Part shown: positions 21,448 to 31,102 of the stretch, in pieces
Layout of the letters: every line of letters starts with the position of its first letter
Position numbering within the stretch: position 1 is the first letter of the stretch
Translations under genes and position numbers: made by a program
Assembly: GCA_043808175.1 (NCBI GenBank)
Contig: JAZDFE010000007.1
Location: 16,099-80,098 of the forward strand
Direction of reading: 5' to 3'
Length of the DNA stretch: 64,000 nt
Source of the DNA: Candidatus Omnitrophota bacterium
GTDB lineage: Bacteria > Omnitrophota > Omnitrophia > Omnitrophales > Aquincolibacteriaceae
The notes under the pieces: generated by a model
The model's database searches: none
Told to the model about the DNA's origin: nothing
What the model saw: only the letters and a program-made list of their open reading frames with translations

Positions 21448-22541
21448 GAACGATACAAGTAACAAGCTTGAAGGGAAATTACAAGATCTGCGTGGGCCGG
21501 GATCTCTTGGCGCAAACCGGGGCGCGGATTGCCGGGGTTTTTAAGCCCGGGACAAAGCTTATGATCGTTTCCCAGAAGAACCTTGCGCCTTATCTGAAAG
21601 TCATTTCCTCATCGCTTTCCAAAAAAGGTTTCGAGGTCTATGTCCATGTGCTTCCGGACGGTGAGATCGCGAAATCCGGGGCAGAACTGTTCCGGCTCTC
21701 CAACGATCTTCTCGCGAAGGGATTTGAGCGCAAAGACGGGATCGTGGCCGTAGGCGGGGGCGTGGTGAGCGATCTTGCGGGGTTTGCGGCGTCGGTCTAT
21801 CTGCGCGGGATCCGTTATGTAAATATTGCGACAACCTTGCTCGCCCAGGTGGACAGCGCGATCGGAGGGAAGACCGCGATCGACCTCAAGGAAGGAAAGA
21901 ATCTCATGGGCTCTTTTTGGCCCCCAGCCCTTGTGATCTCGGATGTAAGCGTACTTCGTTCACTTCCGCAGCGGGAGCTTTGCGCTTCCCTGGGGGAAGT
22001 CGTGAAATGCGGTGTGATCCGCGATCCCGCCTTGTTCAATTTCCTGGAGAAAAATTTCAAAAAAATACTGCGAAAAGATCTTGGGGCGATCGAGAAGGTC
22101 GTTCTTGCCTGCGCAAAGATCAAAGCCGGGGTTGTGAGCTGTGATGAGTTCGAGACCCAAGGGGAGCGTGCGATCCTTAACTATGGCCATACCTTCGCGC
22201 ATGGGGTCGAAGGGGTGCTGGGTTATAAGGGCCTGGTGCACGGGGAAGCGGTTGCGATCGGGATGATGATGGCGGCGCAGCTTGCTGCGGATCTCGGGCT
22301 TTGCCCGCAAGAACTTCCATGGCGTCAGACGAAGCTTCTTATTTCCATAAAACTACCTGTTTCGATCAAGAAATTCAACCTCAAAGCCGCTGCGATCCTG
22401 AAAACCATGATGACGGACAAGAAGAAAAACAAAGGTGCGTTGCATTTTGTCCTGCCCCGGCGCATCGGTAAAGTCACCGTCGAGAAAGATATCCCCATCG
22501 AAAACGTTCGCAAGATCCTTCGTTTCGCCGGCGCAAAGTAA
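21444..22541 (+). CDS. aroB: 3-dehydroquinate synthase
   Basis: GGGVVSDLAGF, TTLLAQVDSAIGGKT, LNYGHTFAH, HGEAVAIG, DKK. Confidence 0.96.
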   Translation: MRTIQVTSLKGNYKICVGRDLLAQTGARIAGVFKPGTKLMIVSQKNLAPYLKVISSSLSKKGFEVYVHVLPDGEIAKSGAELFRLSNDLLAKGFERKDGIVAVGGGVVSDLAGFAASVYLRGIRYVNIATTLLAQVDSAIGGKTAIDLKEGKNLMGSFWPPALVISDVSVLRSLPQRELCASLGEVVKCGVIRDPALFNFLEKNFKKILRKDLGAIEKVVLACAKIKAGVVSCDEFETQGERAILNYGHTFAHGVEGVLGYKGLVHGEAVAIGMMMAAQLAADLGLCPQELPWRQTKLLISIKLPVSIKKFNLKAAAILKTMMTDKKKNKGALHFVLPRRIGKVTVEKDIPIENVRKILRFAGAK

Positions 22542-22591
22542 CCTCCCGCCAATCCCAGTTCCCATCGCTGCAAAAAGCCTCTTACTGAAAG

Positions 22592-22629
22592 TTTATTTTA
22601 ATTAAATAAATATTGATTTTAAATCAATA
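22592..22629. promoter_or_regulatory. Two adjacent AT-rich palindromes upstream of dprA
   Basis: tttattt-taatt-aaataaa and tattgattt-t-aaatcaata. Confidence 0.4.
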
Positions 22630-22697
22630 ATCAATTATGCTTCTCCTATGAAAAAACGAAGCTGTCCCAGTCCATAGCGGATGAAAAGAGCCCATCC

Positions 22698-23858
22698 ATG
22701 ACGTCCATTGAGGAGAAGGAGATCCTGGCGTTTTTAGCGCTGAACCGATTGCGGATCGAAGGCCGTCGCAGGGCCTTGGCAATTCTCTCGGAGGGGAAGA
22801 GCGCTCAAGAAGTCGTAGAACGCATACAGTCCGAGGATTTGATAAGAGACTTTCCGGTCCCGGAAAATGCGACGCCCTTCAATGCGGAAAAAGAGGTCGA
22901 ACTTTGTGTTCAAAAAGGGATCGATTTTCTGCTCTACTCCGACAGGGATTATCCAGCCATGCTTAAAGAAGTCGCGGATCCGCCGCTTCTTCTCTATAAA
23001 AAAGGAACCTTAATCGAGAATGACCGGAATGCCATCGCCATCGTGGGGACGCGGCATCCGAGTTTTTATGGGCGGATGCAGACAAGGCGCTTTGCCCAGG
23101 AGTTGGCCGCAAGGGGGCTCACGATCGTGTCCGGGTTGGCGCGTGGGATCGACCAGGTTGCGCACGACGGCGCGCTTCATATCTCTTACGGTCGCACGAT
23201 CGCAGTGATGGGATGCGGGCTCGATGTGATCTATCCCAAGGAGAACGAAAACCTTTTTCAGAGAATTTTGGAAAGGGGCTCGGTTTTAAGCGAATATCCT
23301 TTGGGAACACCACCTCTTTTGGAGAATTTCCCGCGCCGCAACAGGATCCTGTCAGGACTTTCGTATGCCACATTCGTGGTCGAAGCCCATTCACGAAGCG
23401 GATCCCTTATCACGGCGCATCAGGCGGTTGAACAGGGGCGGGAGGTCTTTGCGCTTCCGGGGCCCGTAGACCAGCTGACGTCGCGCGGAGCCCATCAACT
23501 CATTAAAGAAGGCGCGTACCTGGTGGAGACTCCCGAGGATATTCTGCTTGCTCTGGCTGATCGGTTGAAATGGGAAAATAAATTCGAGGCAGCGTTCCAA
23601 GCTCCCGTTGAGGAATCCGATACGGCGAGTCCAGAAGAGATAGCGCTCAAGACAGGTGACGGGCACCTTTTGGGGGACACCCACATGGAAGATGAGTCGA
23701 TTATTTTAGAACTTCTTAAAGATGAGGGTCCTTTGGGTCCGGACGAGATGATGGAGTTTACGGGACTCGAGTCCACAAAATTACCAGTCATTTTGCTGAA
23801 GATGGAGCTGGGCGGAAAGATCAAAAAGGGAAGCGATGGGAAGTATAACAGCAGGTGA
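22698..23858 (+). CDS. dprA: DNA processing protein DprA
   Basis: YP..L....DPP, AIVGTR, VSGLARGID, FPRRNRI.SG, SGSLITA, GREVFALPG; C-terminal winged helix. Confidence 0.95.
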   Translation: MTSIEEKEILAFLALNRLRIEGRRRALAILSEGKSAQEVVERIQSEDLIRDFPVPENATPFNAEKEVELCVQKGIDFLLYSDRDYPAMLKEVADPPLLLYKKGTLIENDRNAIAIVGTRHPSFYGRMQTRRFAQELAARGLTIVSGLARGIDQVAHDGALHISYGRTIAVMGCGLDVIYPKENENLFQRILERGSVLSEYPLGTPPLLENFPRRNRILSGLSYATFVVEAHSRSGSLITAHQAVEQGREVFALPGPVDQLTSRGAHQLIKEGAYLVETPEDILLALADRLKWENKFEAAFQAPVEESDTASPEEIALKTGDGHLLGDTHMEDESIILELLKDEGPLGPDEMMEFTGLESTKLPVILLKMELGGKIKKGSDGKYNSR

Positions 23859-23970
23859 CTTTCACTTGTTTTTCTGGGAATGACGGGTTGGGTGAATTTG
23901 CGCCTATTTCGTCCGTTAAGCTTCGGCATGGGCAGGTCGTTATTGGATAGAGTAGCGCGGGAAAAAAGTT

Positions 23971-23999
23971 TTGACAGACGGGTCTTTCCTCTATAGAGT
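23971..23999 (+). promoter_or_regulatory. Sigma70-like promoter TTGACA-N17-TAGAGT
   Basis: Upstream of RDD gene with SD AAGGAG. Confidence 0.6.
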
Positions 24000-24055
24000 T
24001 TTACGTGAGAACCATGTCTTGTTAAAGAAAGTTCTTAAAACGAAAGGAGTCAAAG

Positions 24056-24445
24056 ATGGAAGGATTGGTGCCAGCAAATAAAGGGAAGAGGTTCGCGGCG
24101 GGGCTGATCGATCTGGTTGTTATTCCCATCGTTCTAGGGGTCGTGATCGGTTTGGTTCTTTTGGCGGCTCCGGACATGGTGCGTAGTATCGTGCTTGTGA
24201 TCGTCAACATCCTTTGGTTGGTATTCCGTGACGCGGTCTATTCTCCAGGACGGGCGATGGTCAAGATCAAGCTCATCAGCCTTACGGGGGAAAAGGTGAC
24301 GTGGTTGCAGGCTTTGATCCGGAACATTCTTTTGATTATTCCGTTCGTGCTTGTGGTTGGGTATATCGTCGAGATCGTGATGCTGATCGCCAAAGGGCAT
24401 CGTCTCGCGGACAATTGGGCCAAGACGCAGGTCGTTGAAGCCTAA
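24056..24445 (+). CDS. RDD-family membrane protein
   Basis: KRFAAGLID, SPGR, ALIRN, RLADNWAKTQVV. Confidence 0.85.
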   Translation: MEGLVPANKGKRFAAGLIDLVVIPIVLGVVIGLVLLAAPDMVRSIVLVIVNILWLVFRDAVYSPGRAMVKIKLISLTGEKVTWLQALIRNILLIIPFVLVVGYIVEIVMLIAKGHRLADNWAKTQVVEA

Positions 24446-24472
24446 AGGCTGTCAGGGTTTTGTTAAGTTTTG

Positions 24473-24516
24473 AAGATTCTCCTCCGTGGGCGACCGTGGA
24501 GGAGAATCTTTATTTT
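24473..24516 (+). terminator. Intrinsic terminator after RDD gene
   Basis: 13-bp stem aagattctcctcc/ggaggagaatctt followed by tatttt. Confidence 0.75.
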
Positions 24517-24518
24517 CT

Positions 24519-24644
24519 CCCCGTTAGAGATTCTAAGGGCAAAAAGACGGTTCCTTCATAGTCGTTAAGACGCGAATGTTTTAAACGGTTTTTCTGATAA
24601 CTTGACGAAAGTGTTTCTCAAAACACTTCCTGTCTCTTACGGGG
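24519..24644. mobile_element. MITE-like element with CCCCGTTAGAGA terminal inverted repeats (copy 1)
   Basis: ccccgttagaga ... tctcttacgggg; subterminal hairpin gaaagtgttt/aaaacacttc; related copy at 57276. Confidence 0.65.
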
Positions 24645-24650
24645 TAAAGC

Positions 24651-25847
24651 ATGAACGACGCTCCCACAATCGGAAACATGATCAAGTTCTCTTGGGCAAA
24701 AAGCCTGAAGATCCTTTTTCCGTTCCATTTCAAACGCTGGCTCAAGATCCTAATCGTCGTCTGGCTCGCGGGTGTGGGCATCCAGGGGTTCAGCACGAAT
24801 TTTAAAGCCCCGGCAAAACCAGCGCAGCCTTTTACTGCGTCTCAAAAAGGCGCTATGCCCGCACTTCCGAAAGACATGCTATCGCAATTGATGGGAAAGG
24901 CATCTCAGGCCCCGGCGTTCGTTAGCTCTCCTACTCCTTCTTCTATGGCGCAAGTCCAAAAGCCGCCTCAAAAGGGGGTGAACTCCTTTTCGATTGCCCA
25001 GGGCGCGGATCGCATTGCGAAACTTGGGGCGAAAGCGGAACGCCCGGAAGCTAAAGCGAAACCTGTTCTTGTGGCGCTGCTTGTGTCCGGAGTGATCGTA
25101 CTTGGGCTTGTTTTTGCGGTATTTTTCATGTGGCTATCGAGTCGGTTCAATTTCGTGCTCCTGGATATGATTCTAGCACAAGAACCGGCGATCAGGGGAC
25201 CGTTCAGAAAGCACGGAGAGGCAGGGAATTCCTATTTTGCATGGACGTTGGCTTTCATAGGGATCGGTCTTGTCGCTTTTTTATCGGCAGGGCTGCTCAT
25301 AGTGCTTTCTTTGGGAATTATGAAATGGAGTTCGGTGATGGGGATCCCTCTCATTGTTCTTGGGGGTCTTTTGGCTCTGGCGGTGATGGTGGCCATAGTC
25401 TTTGTCGGGACCATCATGCGCGACTTTGCTCTTCCGATCATGTATCGTGAAAAGATTCCGGCGATGAGCGCCCTAAATAAATTTTTGAAGGCCGGTACAT
25501 TTACTTTTGGAAAGACATTTCAATATCTTCTTGTGGTCTTCGGTCTATGGCTTCTCGCCATAATTGCTCAGAGCATCGTCGGCATTTTTGCCGTGATCGG
25601 CGGAGTGATCGCAGGCGGTATCGTGGCTATCCCGGGAATCATTCTGTTCAAGGCTCTTCCCCTTCTGAAGATTCCACTTATTATTCTTGGGAGTCTTGCG
25701 GCAACGGCGCTCTTCCTGGCTGTGATCGTGGTGATCGGTATGGTCATGTTGCCGGTGGTGATCTTCTTTCGAGTGTTCGCATTAGCGTATTTGACGCGCC
25801 TTTATCCTGAATACGATCTGCTAGGATTCACCGGCAATAAGTCATAG
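24651..25847 (+). CDS. Multi-pass membrane protein, hypothetical
   Basis: Long ORF with several hydrophobic helices and a Pro/Ala/Gln-rich loop. Confidence 0.75.
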   Translation: MNDAPTIGNMIKFSWAKSLKILFPFHFKRWLKILIVVWLAGVGIQGFSTNFKAPAKPAQPFTASQKGAMPALPKDMLSQLMGKASQAPAFVSSPTPSSMAQVQKPPQKGVNSFSIAQGADRIAKLGAKAERPEAKAKPVLVALLVSGVIVLGLVFAVFFMWLSSRFNFVLLDMILAQEPAIRGPFRKHGEAGNSYFAWTLAFIGIGLVAFLSAGLLIVLSLGIMKWSSVMGIPLIVLGGLLALAVMVAIVFVGTIMRDFALPIMYREKIPAMSALNKFLKAGTFTFGKTFQYLLVVFGLWLLAIIAQSIVGIFAVIGGVIAGGIVAIPGIILFKALPLLKIPLIILGSLAATALFLAVIVVIGMVMLPVVIFFRVFALAYLTRLYPEYDLLGFTGNKS

Positions 25848-25873
25848 CACAAAGCTCATAGCTTAAAGCCCGA
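25842..25873. repeat. 7-bp-period tandem repeat at gene end
   Basis: catagca caaagct catagct taaagcc. Confidence 0.6.
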
Positions 25874-25943
25874 GGGTAGAAATTTTACGTTTTACGCCTT
25901 GTGTTGTTTTATATGTTATGCTTTGATTTGAGAGACAGACATC

Positions 25944-26339
25944 ATGCCCAAGAGAAAACGTTCCAGAAAATCCAGGTCTGTCAGCAAAAGGGGAGGAGGG
26001 GCATTTAAAGAAGTCCTTTCCCTTTATGCGAAGCTCGCGGACTTCAAAAAAGAGGTGGTCAAGGCGGCGGAGGGTGGGGAGCGGGCGAATGATCGCCTGA
26101 CGAGCATGGAAGTTCATCTGAATATCCTGGCTCGGCTTTTGACCACGCTTTGCATTGAGAAACTTGGCATTCGTCTCGGAGCGCTCAGACGTCTGGTTCG
26201 CCGCGTTGAAAGAGAAGCGGTGCGCGATTCCCAGATTATGGAATTAGAGTCCCTTTATAAGCTTTCCCACGGGAACTCAAAGAAAACACCTTCGGCCAAC
26301 ATCAAACCCAAAGACGACCCTTGGGAGCAAATTTCTTGA
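25944..26339 (+). CDS. Hypothetical basic helical protein
   Basis: 131-aa ORF from ATG after GAGAGA; no recognised motif. Confidence 0.6.
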   Translation: MPKRKRSRKSRSVSKRGGGAFKEVLSLYAKLADFKKEVVKAAEGGERANDRLTSMEVHLNILARLLTTLCIEKLGIRLGALRRLVRRVEREAVRDSQIMELESLYKLSHGNSKKTPSANIKPKDDPWEQIS

Positions 26340-26443
26340 GCCATAGAGATTTTTAAGGAGGTCATCCTTGGAGGGATGCGCTACCTTTGGCAGATGACGT
26401 AATGGTTTACTTAAGCCAAAACGCATTGTCCAATCAATTTCCC

Positions 26444-26468
26444 TAACCCGTTTTAATAAAACGGGTTA
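26444..26468. promoter_or_regulatory. 25-bp palindrome (perfect 11-bp arms) upstream of the topA promoter
   Basis: taacccgtttt-aat-aaaacgggtta. Confidence 0.55.
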
Positions 26469-26490
26469 CAAGCGTCCGATAAACTTGCCG

Positions 26491-26519
26491 TTTACAATCA
26501 TCCGCATTTTGTTTAGAAT
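26491..26519 (+). promoter_or_regulatory. Sigma70-like promoter TTTACA-N17-TAGAAT for topA-xerC
   Basis: Near-consensus hexamers, 17-nt spacer. Confidence 0.65.
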
Positions 26520-26651
26520 CCCTCCACTTTTCGTCTTCGCAAAGGGTTGTTTGCGAAGGACGGATCCGCCGCGCTGTATGGCGGATACGTGGGACTTCTG
26601 ATCTTCCGGTAGGCAATTATTTTGGAACCACGAGTTATTCAGGGAGGCATT

Positions 26652-28751
26652 GTGGTAAAAGCAAAGAAGGGCGTGAAAGCTTCAAAGACTGCGAAGGGAC
26701 CCAAGCATCTGGTGGTCGTGGAGTCACCGGCCAAGGCTAAAACCATCAATAAGTTCCTTGGCAAAGATTTCCATGTTGTAGCGTCCATGGGTCATGTCCG
26801 GGATTTACCGAAGAGCCGAATGGCTGTCGATATCGAACATGGTTTCACCCCGGAATACATCATCATCCGGCGGGCCCTCAAAACGGTCAAACAACTTAAG
26901 AAGGACGCTCAGGATAAGGAAACCATCTATGTCGCGCCCGATCCGGACCGTGAAGGCGAGGCCATCAGCTGGCATCTTGCCCATATCTTTTCAGAGGAAG
27001 GCCACGGCCCGAAGATCCTCCGGGTGGAATTCAACGAGATCACGAAAGAGGCCGTGTTAAAGGCCTTTAACCATCCCCGCAAGATCGACATGAATCTTGT
27101 GAATGCACAACAGGCGCGCCGCATTCTGGACCGCGTGGTCGGATATCAATTGAGCCCGCTCCTTTGGCGCAACGTCGGCCGGGGACTCAGCGCAGGTCGC
27201 GTGCAGTCGGTGGCGCTCAGATTTATCGTGGATCGCGAGCGCGAGATCCGGAAATTCATGCCGCAAGAATACTGGACACTGGACGCAAAGCTTTCCGCTG
27301 CGGAAGGTCCCGAGCAGTCAAAAGTTTTTCTTTCCCGTCTTTCTCAGATCGACAAAGCAAAACCCGAACTCAAGACTCAGGCCGAGATCGACCGAATCAA
27401 GCAAGAACTCCACCAGCTTCCCTTCCAGGTTTCGGATATCGAAAAGACCGAAAAGCGCCGCAACCCGCAGGCGCCTTATTCCACAAGCAAACTCCAGCAG
27501 GAAGCTTACAGCCGGCTCGGGTTCTCGGCGACGAATACAATGCGCATCGCGCAGAAGCTTTATGAGGGCGTGGAGCTCGGAGACGAAGGCAGCGTCGGTC
27601 TTATTACTTATATGAGAACAGATTCCGTGAACGTTGCTGTTTCCGCGCAAGAGGAAGCCGTGCGCTATATTCGGGAGAAATTCGGGAAAGATTATCTTCC
27701 TAAAAAACCGCCGGTCTACAAATCCCGCAAAGGCGCTCAGGAAGCTCACGAAGCCGTCCGCCCGACCTCGGCCTTTCGCATCCCGGATTCGGTGAAGGAT
27801 TTTCTCGAAAGCGACGAGTTGAAACTCTACGAACTTATCTGGAGGAAATTCCTGGCGTCGCAAATGGTGCCTGCGGTCGATGAACACACCGCTATTTCGA
27901 TCCTGGCCGGCGAAAGATACAAATTCCGTACGACCGGCAAGCGCAATCTCTTTCTGGGATTTACCGCTGCCTTCGGCGAGATCAAGATCGAAACAGAGAA
28001 TTCCAAGGAAGCCGAAGAAGACGAAGTTCCGGAAGCGTCTGAGCTTCCTGATCTCAAAGTGGGACAGAAACTGACGCTTCATGAACTCCTGGGCGAGCAG
28101 CACTTTACGAAACCGCCGGCGCGATTCAATGACGCGAGTCTGATCAAACTGCTCGAAGAAAAGGGCATCGGCCGCCCGAGTACCTACGCGCCCACGATCT
28201 CGACCATCCTGGGGCGTATTTATGCCGAGCGTAAGAACGGCGCGCTGATACCCACCGAACTTGGCAAGACGGTCGTGGATATTTTAGTGCGGCATTTCCC
28301 GACGATCCTGGATGTGGAGTTTACGGCGCTTATGGAAGAGGAGCTGGATGAGATCGAAGAAGGGAAAATGGAATGGGTCAAAGTCCTGAAGGATTTTTAC
28401 GGCCCTTTCAGCGAGTTTCTAGCGCGCGCGCAGACCGAAATGAAAAGCGTCAAGCAGGCACCCATCCCCACGGATCACAAATGCGACTTGTGCGGCAAAC
28501 AGGTTTTTATTAAGTTCGGGCGGTTCGGCAAATTCATGGCTTGCTCCGGATTCCCGGAGTGCAAGTATACGCGGTCTCTCCCGACAGGGTTCTTTTGTCC
28601 GGAGCCGGGTTGTGGCGGAGAATTGGTGAAACGCCGGGCCAAAGGTCGCCGGGCGTTCTACGGTTGCTCGAATTATCCGAAGTGCACGTACGTGGTCAAT
28701 GAGCTGCCGAAAAAAGAAGACGCCGCCGAAGCTTCGTCCGAAGCACCATGA
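26652..28751 (+). CDS. topA: DNA topoisomerase I
   Basis: VESPAKAKTI, DPDREGE, SAGRVQS, LITYMRTDS, QEAHEA, GIGRPSTY, zinc ribbons; GTG 26652 after GGAGG. Confidence 0.98.
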   Translation: MVKAKKGVKASKTAKGPKHLVVVESPAKAKTINKFLGKDFHVVASMGHVRDLPKSRMAVDIEHGFTPEYIIIRRALKTVKQLKKDAQDKETIYVAPDPDREGEAISWHLAHIFSEEGHGPKILRVEFNEITKEAVLKAFNHPRKIDMNLVNAQQARRILDRVVGYQLSPLLWRNVGRGLSAGRVQSVALRFIVDREREIRKFMPQEYWTLDAKLSAAEGPEQSKVFLSRLSQIDKAKPELKTQAEIDRIKQELHQLPFQVSDIEKTEKRRNPQAPYSTSKLQQEAYSRLGFSATNTMRIAQKLYEGVELGDEGSVGLITYMRTDSVNVAVSAQEEAVRYIREKFGKDYLPKKPPVYKSRKGAQEAHEAVRPTSAFRIPDSVKDFLESDELKLYELIWRKFLASQMVPAVDEHTAISILAGERYKFRTTGKRNLFLGFTAAFGEIKIETENSKEAEEDEVPEASELPDLKVGQKLTLHELLGEQHFTKPPARFNDASLIKLLEEKGIGRPSTYAPTISTILGRIYAERKNGALIPTELGKTVVDILVRHFPTILDVEFTALMEEELDEIEEGKMEWVKVLKDFYGPFSEFLARAQTEMKSVKQAPIPTDHKCDLCGKQVFIKFGRFGKFMACSGFPECKYTRSLPTGFFCPEPGCGGELVKRRAKGRRAFYGCSNYPKCTYVVNELPKKEDAAEASSEAP

Positions 28752-28761
28752 GCCACGAAAT

Positions 28762-29640
28762 ATGAATAAGCGGGTTGAAGATTTTCTGAATTTTCTGACG
28801 ACCGAGAAGGGCGCCTCGGAGCATACGACCAAAAATTACGGGATCGATCTCCGGGAGTTCATGAAATTCATTGCGGAGAAAGAACTCCAGGGCTTGACCT
28901 ATCTTGATATCCGTTCCTTTCTGGCGTTCTTAAAGACCCGCGAATATAGTAAAAGTTCTATTTCCCGCAAACTTGCCTGCCTCCGTTCGTTCTTTAAATA
29001 TCTAGTGCGCGAGAACGTCCTGGCGCAAAATCCCGCGGCGGGGATCGCGACCCCGAAAAAGGAAAAACGACTCCCTTCTTTTATGAATCTTGACGAGATT
29101 ACTAAACTTCTCGACGCTCCGGCCAAGAACTCCTGGGAAGAAAAGCGCGATAAGGCGATCCTGGAGATGCTTTACAGCTCCGGGCTTCGCGTGAGCGAAC
29201 TTGCGGGGCTCAATCATGACGATCTGGATTTTTTCGGAGGCCTGGTCCGGGTGCGTGGCAAAGGGAAAAAAGAACGCATTGTCCCCGTGGGGCAAACGGC
29301 GTTGAACAGCTTGCGCGCCTATTGGGACATGAAGGCGCCGCGAGAAATCGCAAACGTGATCAAAAAGCCTCTTTTTCTCAGCCGGATCGGGAGCCGTCTT
29401 ACCGACCGGAGTGTCCGGCGGATGATCCTGAAATATGTGAAACGGACGGGGCTTGGAAAAGAGATCTCACCCCACACGTTCCGTCACTCCTTCGCGACCC
29501 ACATGCTCGATCGCGGAGCGGACCTGCGGAGCGTTCAGGAGCTTTTGGGACATGCAAACCTCTCGACTACGCAGATCTATACGCATGTGACAACCCAGCG
29601 TCTTAAGGACGCCTATACGGCGGCGCATCCGAGGGCGTAA
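28762..29640 (+). CDS. xerC: Tyrosine recombinase XerC
   Basis: RDKAILE.LYSSGLRVSEL, GKGKKER, PHTFRHSFATH.L..GADLR.VQELLGH..LSTTQIYT; topA-xerC synteny. Confidence 0.92.
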   Translation: MNKRVEDFLNFLTTEKGASEHTTKNYGIDLREFMKFIAEKELQGLTYLDIRSFLAFLKTREYSKSSISRKLACLRSFFKYLVRENVLAQNPAAGIATPKKEKRLPSFMNLDEITKLLDAPAKNSWEEKRDKAILEMLYSSGLRVSELAGLNHDDLDFFGGLVRVRGKGKKERIVPVGQTALNSLRAYWDMKAPREIANVIKKPLFLSRIGSRLTDRSVRRMILKYVKRTGLGKEISPHTFRHSFATHMLDRGADLRSVQELLGHANLSTTQIYTHVTTQRLKDAYTAAHPRA

Positions 29641-29644
29641 ACAA

Positions 29645-29715
29645 TGCGGGCCACGATCCACGCGTCACGCTTTTCGTGGCCCGTAGTTCATGACACAAGG
29701 AACGCGAAGGCAACA
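29645..29715. repeat. 7-bp-period array with inverted arms between xerC and waaA
   Basis: gccacga tccacgc gtcacgc ... cgtggcc cgtagtt catgaca; gggccacga/tcgtggccc IR. Confidence 0.6.
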
Positions 29716-29716
29716 A

Positions 29717-31102
29717 ATGATTAGAACCTTTTTATACAATCTGGGGTTCATGGTGTTCGGGGTCTTTTATTTCCCGATTTTCCTGACAAAACTCCGTCAA
29801 GCCGAGGATCCGGGGGCGCTGTGGAAAGAACGCCGTGGGATCTTTCCGAAGGACTGGGCCGGAAAATTTGCCGGAAAAAAGATCGTCTGGCTTCACGCCG
29901 TGAGCGTGGGAGAAGTGATGGCCATTGAAAAGTTCATTCACGAATGGCTTGCCTCCGCGCCGGGATATGAACTGTTGCTAACGACCGTTACGCCGACCGG
30001 GCAGAGGATCGCGAAAAAACTCGCGGGCGAGCGGGTCCATGTCTGTTATTTCCCGTTCGACCTCACCCCGGTCGTGAAACATTTTCTCGATCTTTTCAGG
30101 CCGGTTTGTTTGTTGCTCGTGGAGACCGAGATCTGGCCGAACCTCTTGACCGAAGCCAAGCGACGGAACATTCCGGTGGGTGTAGTGAACGCCCGGCTCT
30201 CGGAACGTTCATTCAAAAGGTATAAGCTTTTTCCATGGCTTTTTAAACCCTTGTGGGAAAAACTAGATTTTGTGCTCACACAATCGGAAGAAGATGCGGC
30301 CCGTTTTCGGAAGTTGGGCGTTACGGAAGGATCCGTGCGAGATATGGGGAATATGAAATTCGATCAGGCAGAATGGGCCGCCGAGGGTGGGGTGGACGTG
30401 GCGGGATTGCGGCAGGCCTGGGGGTATGCCGCCGAAGATCTTGTATGGATCGCGGGCAGCACGCATCCGGGGGAAGAAGAAATGCTCATGGCCGCTTTTA
30501 AAGCGTTGCGCGAACGGTTTCCGGCGCTCAAATTGATCCTCGCGCCGCGCCACATCGAACGTTCGGAGAGTCTTTTGAAGCAATTGGGAAAATATGGTTT
30601 TAACATGGCTTCGTCAACAAGCCCAGTTCTCCATCAAAAAAAAGAAGGCCCGGGACCTGATCTGCAGATCCTGGATCGGCTGGGCATTCTCAAGAATCTG
30701 TACGGAATCGCAGACTTTGTGTTCATGGGCGGGAGCCTGATCCCTCACGGGGGTCAGAATCCGATCGAGCCCGCGCGTTTTAGCAAAGCTATCCTCCATG
30801 GACCACATGTTTTTAACTTTCACAAGATCTACCACCAGCTCGATCATGACGGTGGCGCTTTCAGGATCTCGGCTCCGGACGAACTGTCGTCCGCGGCGGC
30901 GGAGATCCTCGCGAATGAAAGCAGGCGTCATGAAATGGGGCAAAAAGCTTTTCAGATCGTCAACCGTCTACGGGGTGCCAGCAAACGTCAGGCCGGGTGG
31001 ATCCTGACGTTTCTCAGGAGCCGGTACTCTCAAGAAAGGATTACAAGCAATGGACAGCATGAAGAATTACTTTCGTCTCTTGGCAGAGGACAAGCAAAAT
31101 GA
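29717..31102 (+). CDS. waaA: Kdo transferase
   Basis: WLHAVSVGE, T.TPTG, PFD, ETEIWPN, NARLSERS, GNMKFD, AGSTH.GEE, APRH.ER, GGQNP.EP. Confidence 0.95.
   Translation: MIRTFLYNLGFMVFGVFYFPIFLTKLRQAEDPGALWKERRGIFPKDWAGKFAGKKIVWLHAVSVGEVMAIEKFIHEWLASAPGYELLLTTVTPTGQRIAKKLAGERVHVCYFPFDLTPVVKHFLDLFRPVCLLLVETEIWPNLLTEAKRRNIPVGVVNARLSERSFKRYKLFPWLFKPLWEKLDFVLTQSEEDAARFRKLGVTEGSVRDMGNMKFDQAEWAAEGGVDVAGLRQAWGYAAEDLVWIAGSTHPGEEEMLMAAFKALRERFPALKLILAPRHIERSESLLKQLGKYGFNMASSTSPVLHQKKEGPGPDLQILDRLGILKNLYGIADFVFMGGSLIPHGGQNPIEPARFSKAILHGPHVFNFHKIYHQLDHDGGAFRISAPDELSSAAAEILANESRRHEMGQKAFQIVNRLRGASKRQAGWILTFLRSRYSQERITSNGQHEELLSSLGRGQAK
30621..30656 (+). repeat. Degenerate single hairpin module inside waaA
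   Basis: (caa)gcccagttctccatcaaaaa...gaaggcccgggac matches the first half of the 84-bp element. Confidence 0.55.

Noticed and set aside
22550-22592. Additional A-type module after aroB (cccagttcccatc...)
   Set aside because: Only a 4-bp stem remains; too degenerate to call.
28762-29640. Phage or integron integrase mobilising the repeats
   Set aside because: Length, motifs and topA synteny fit housekeeping XerC; no IntI-specific insertion is apparent.
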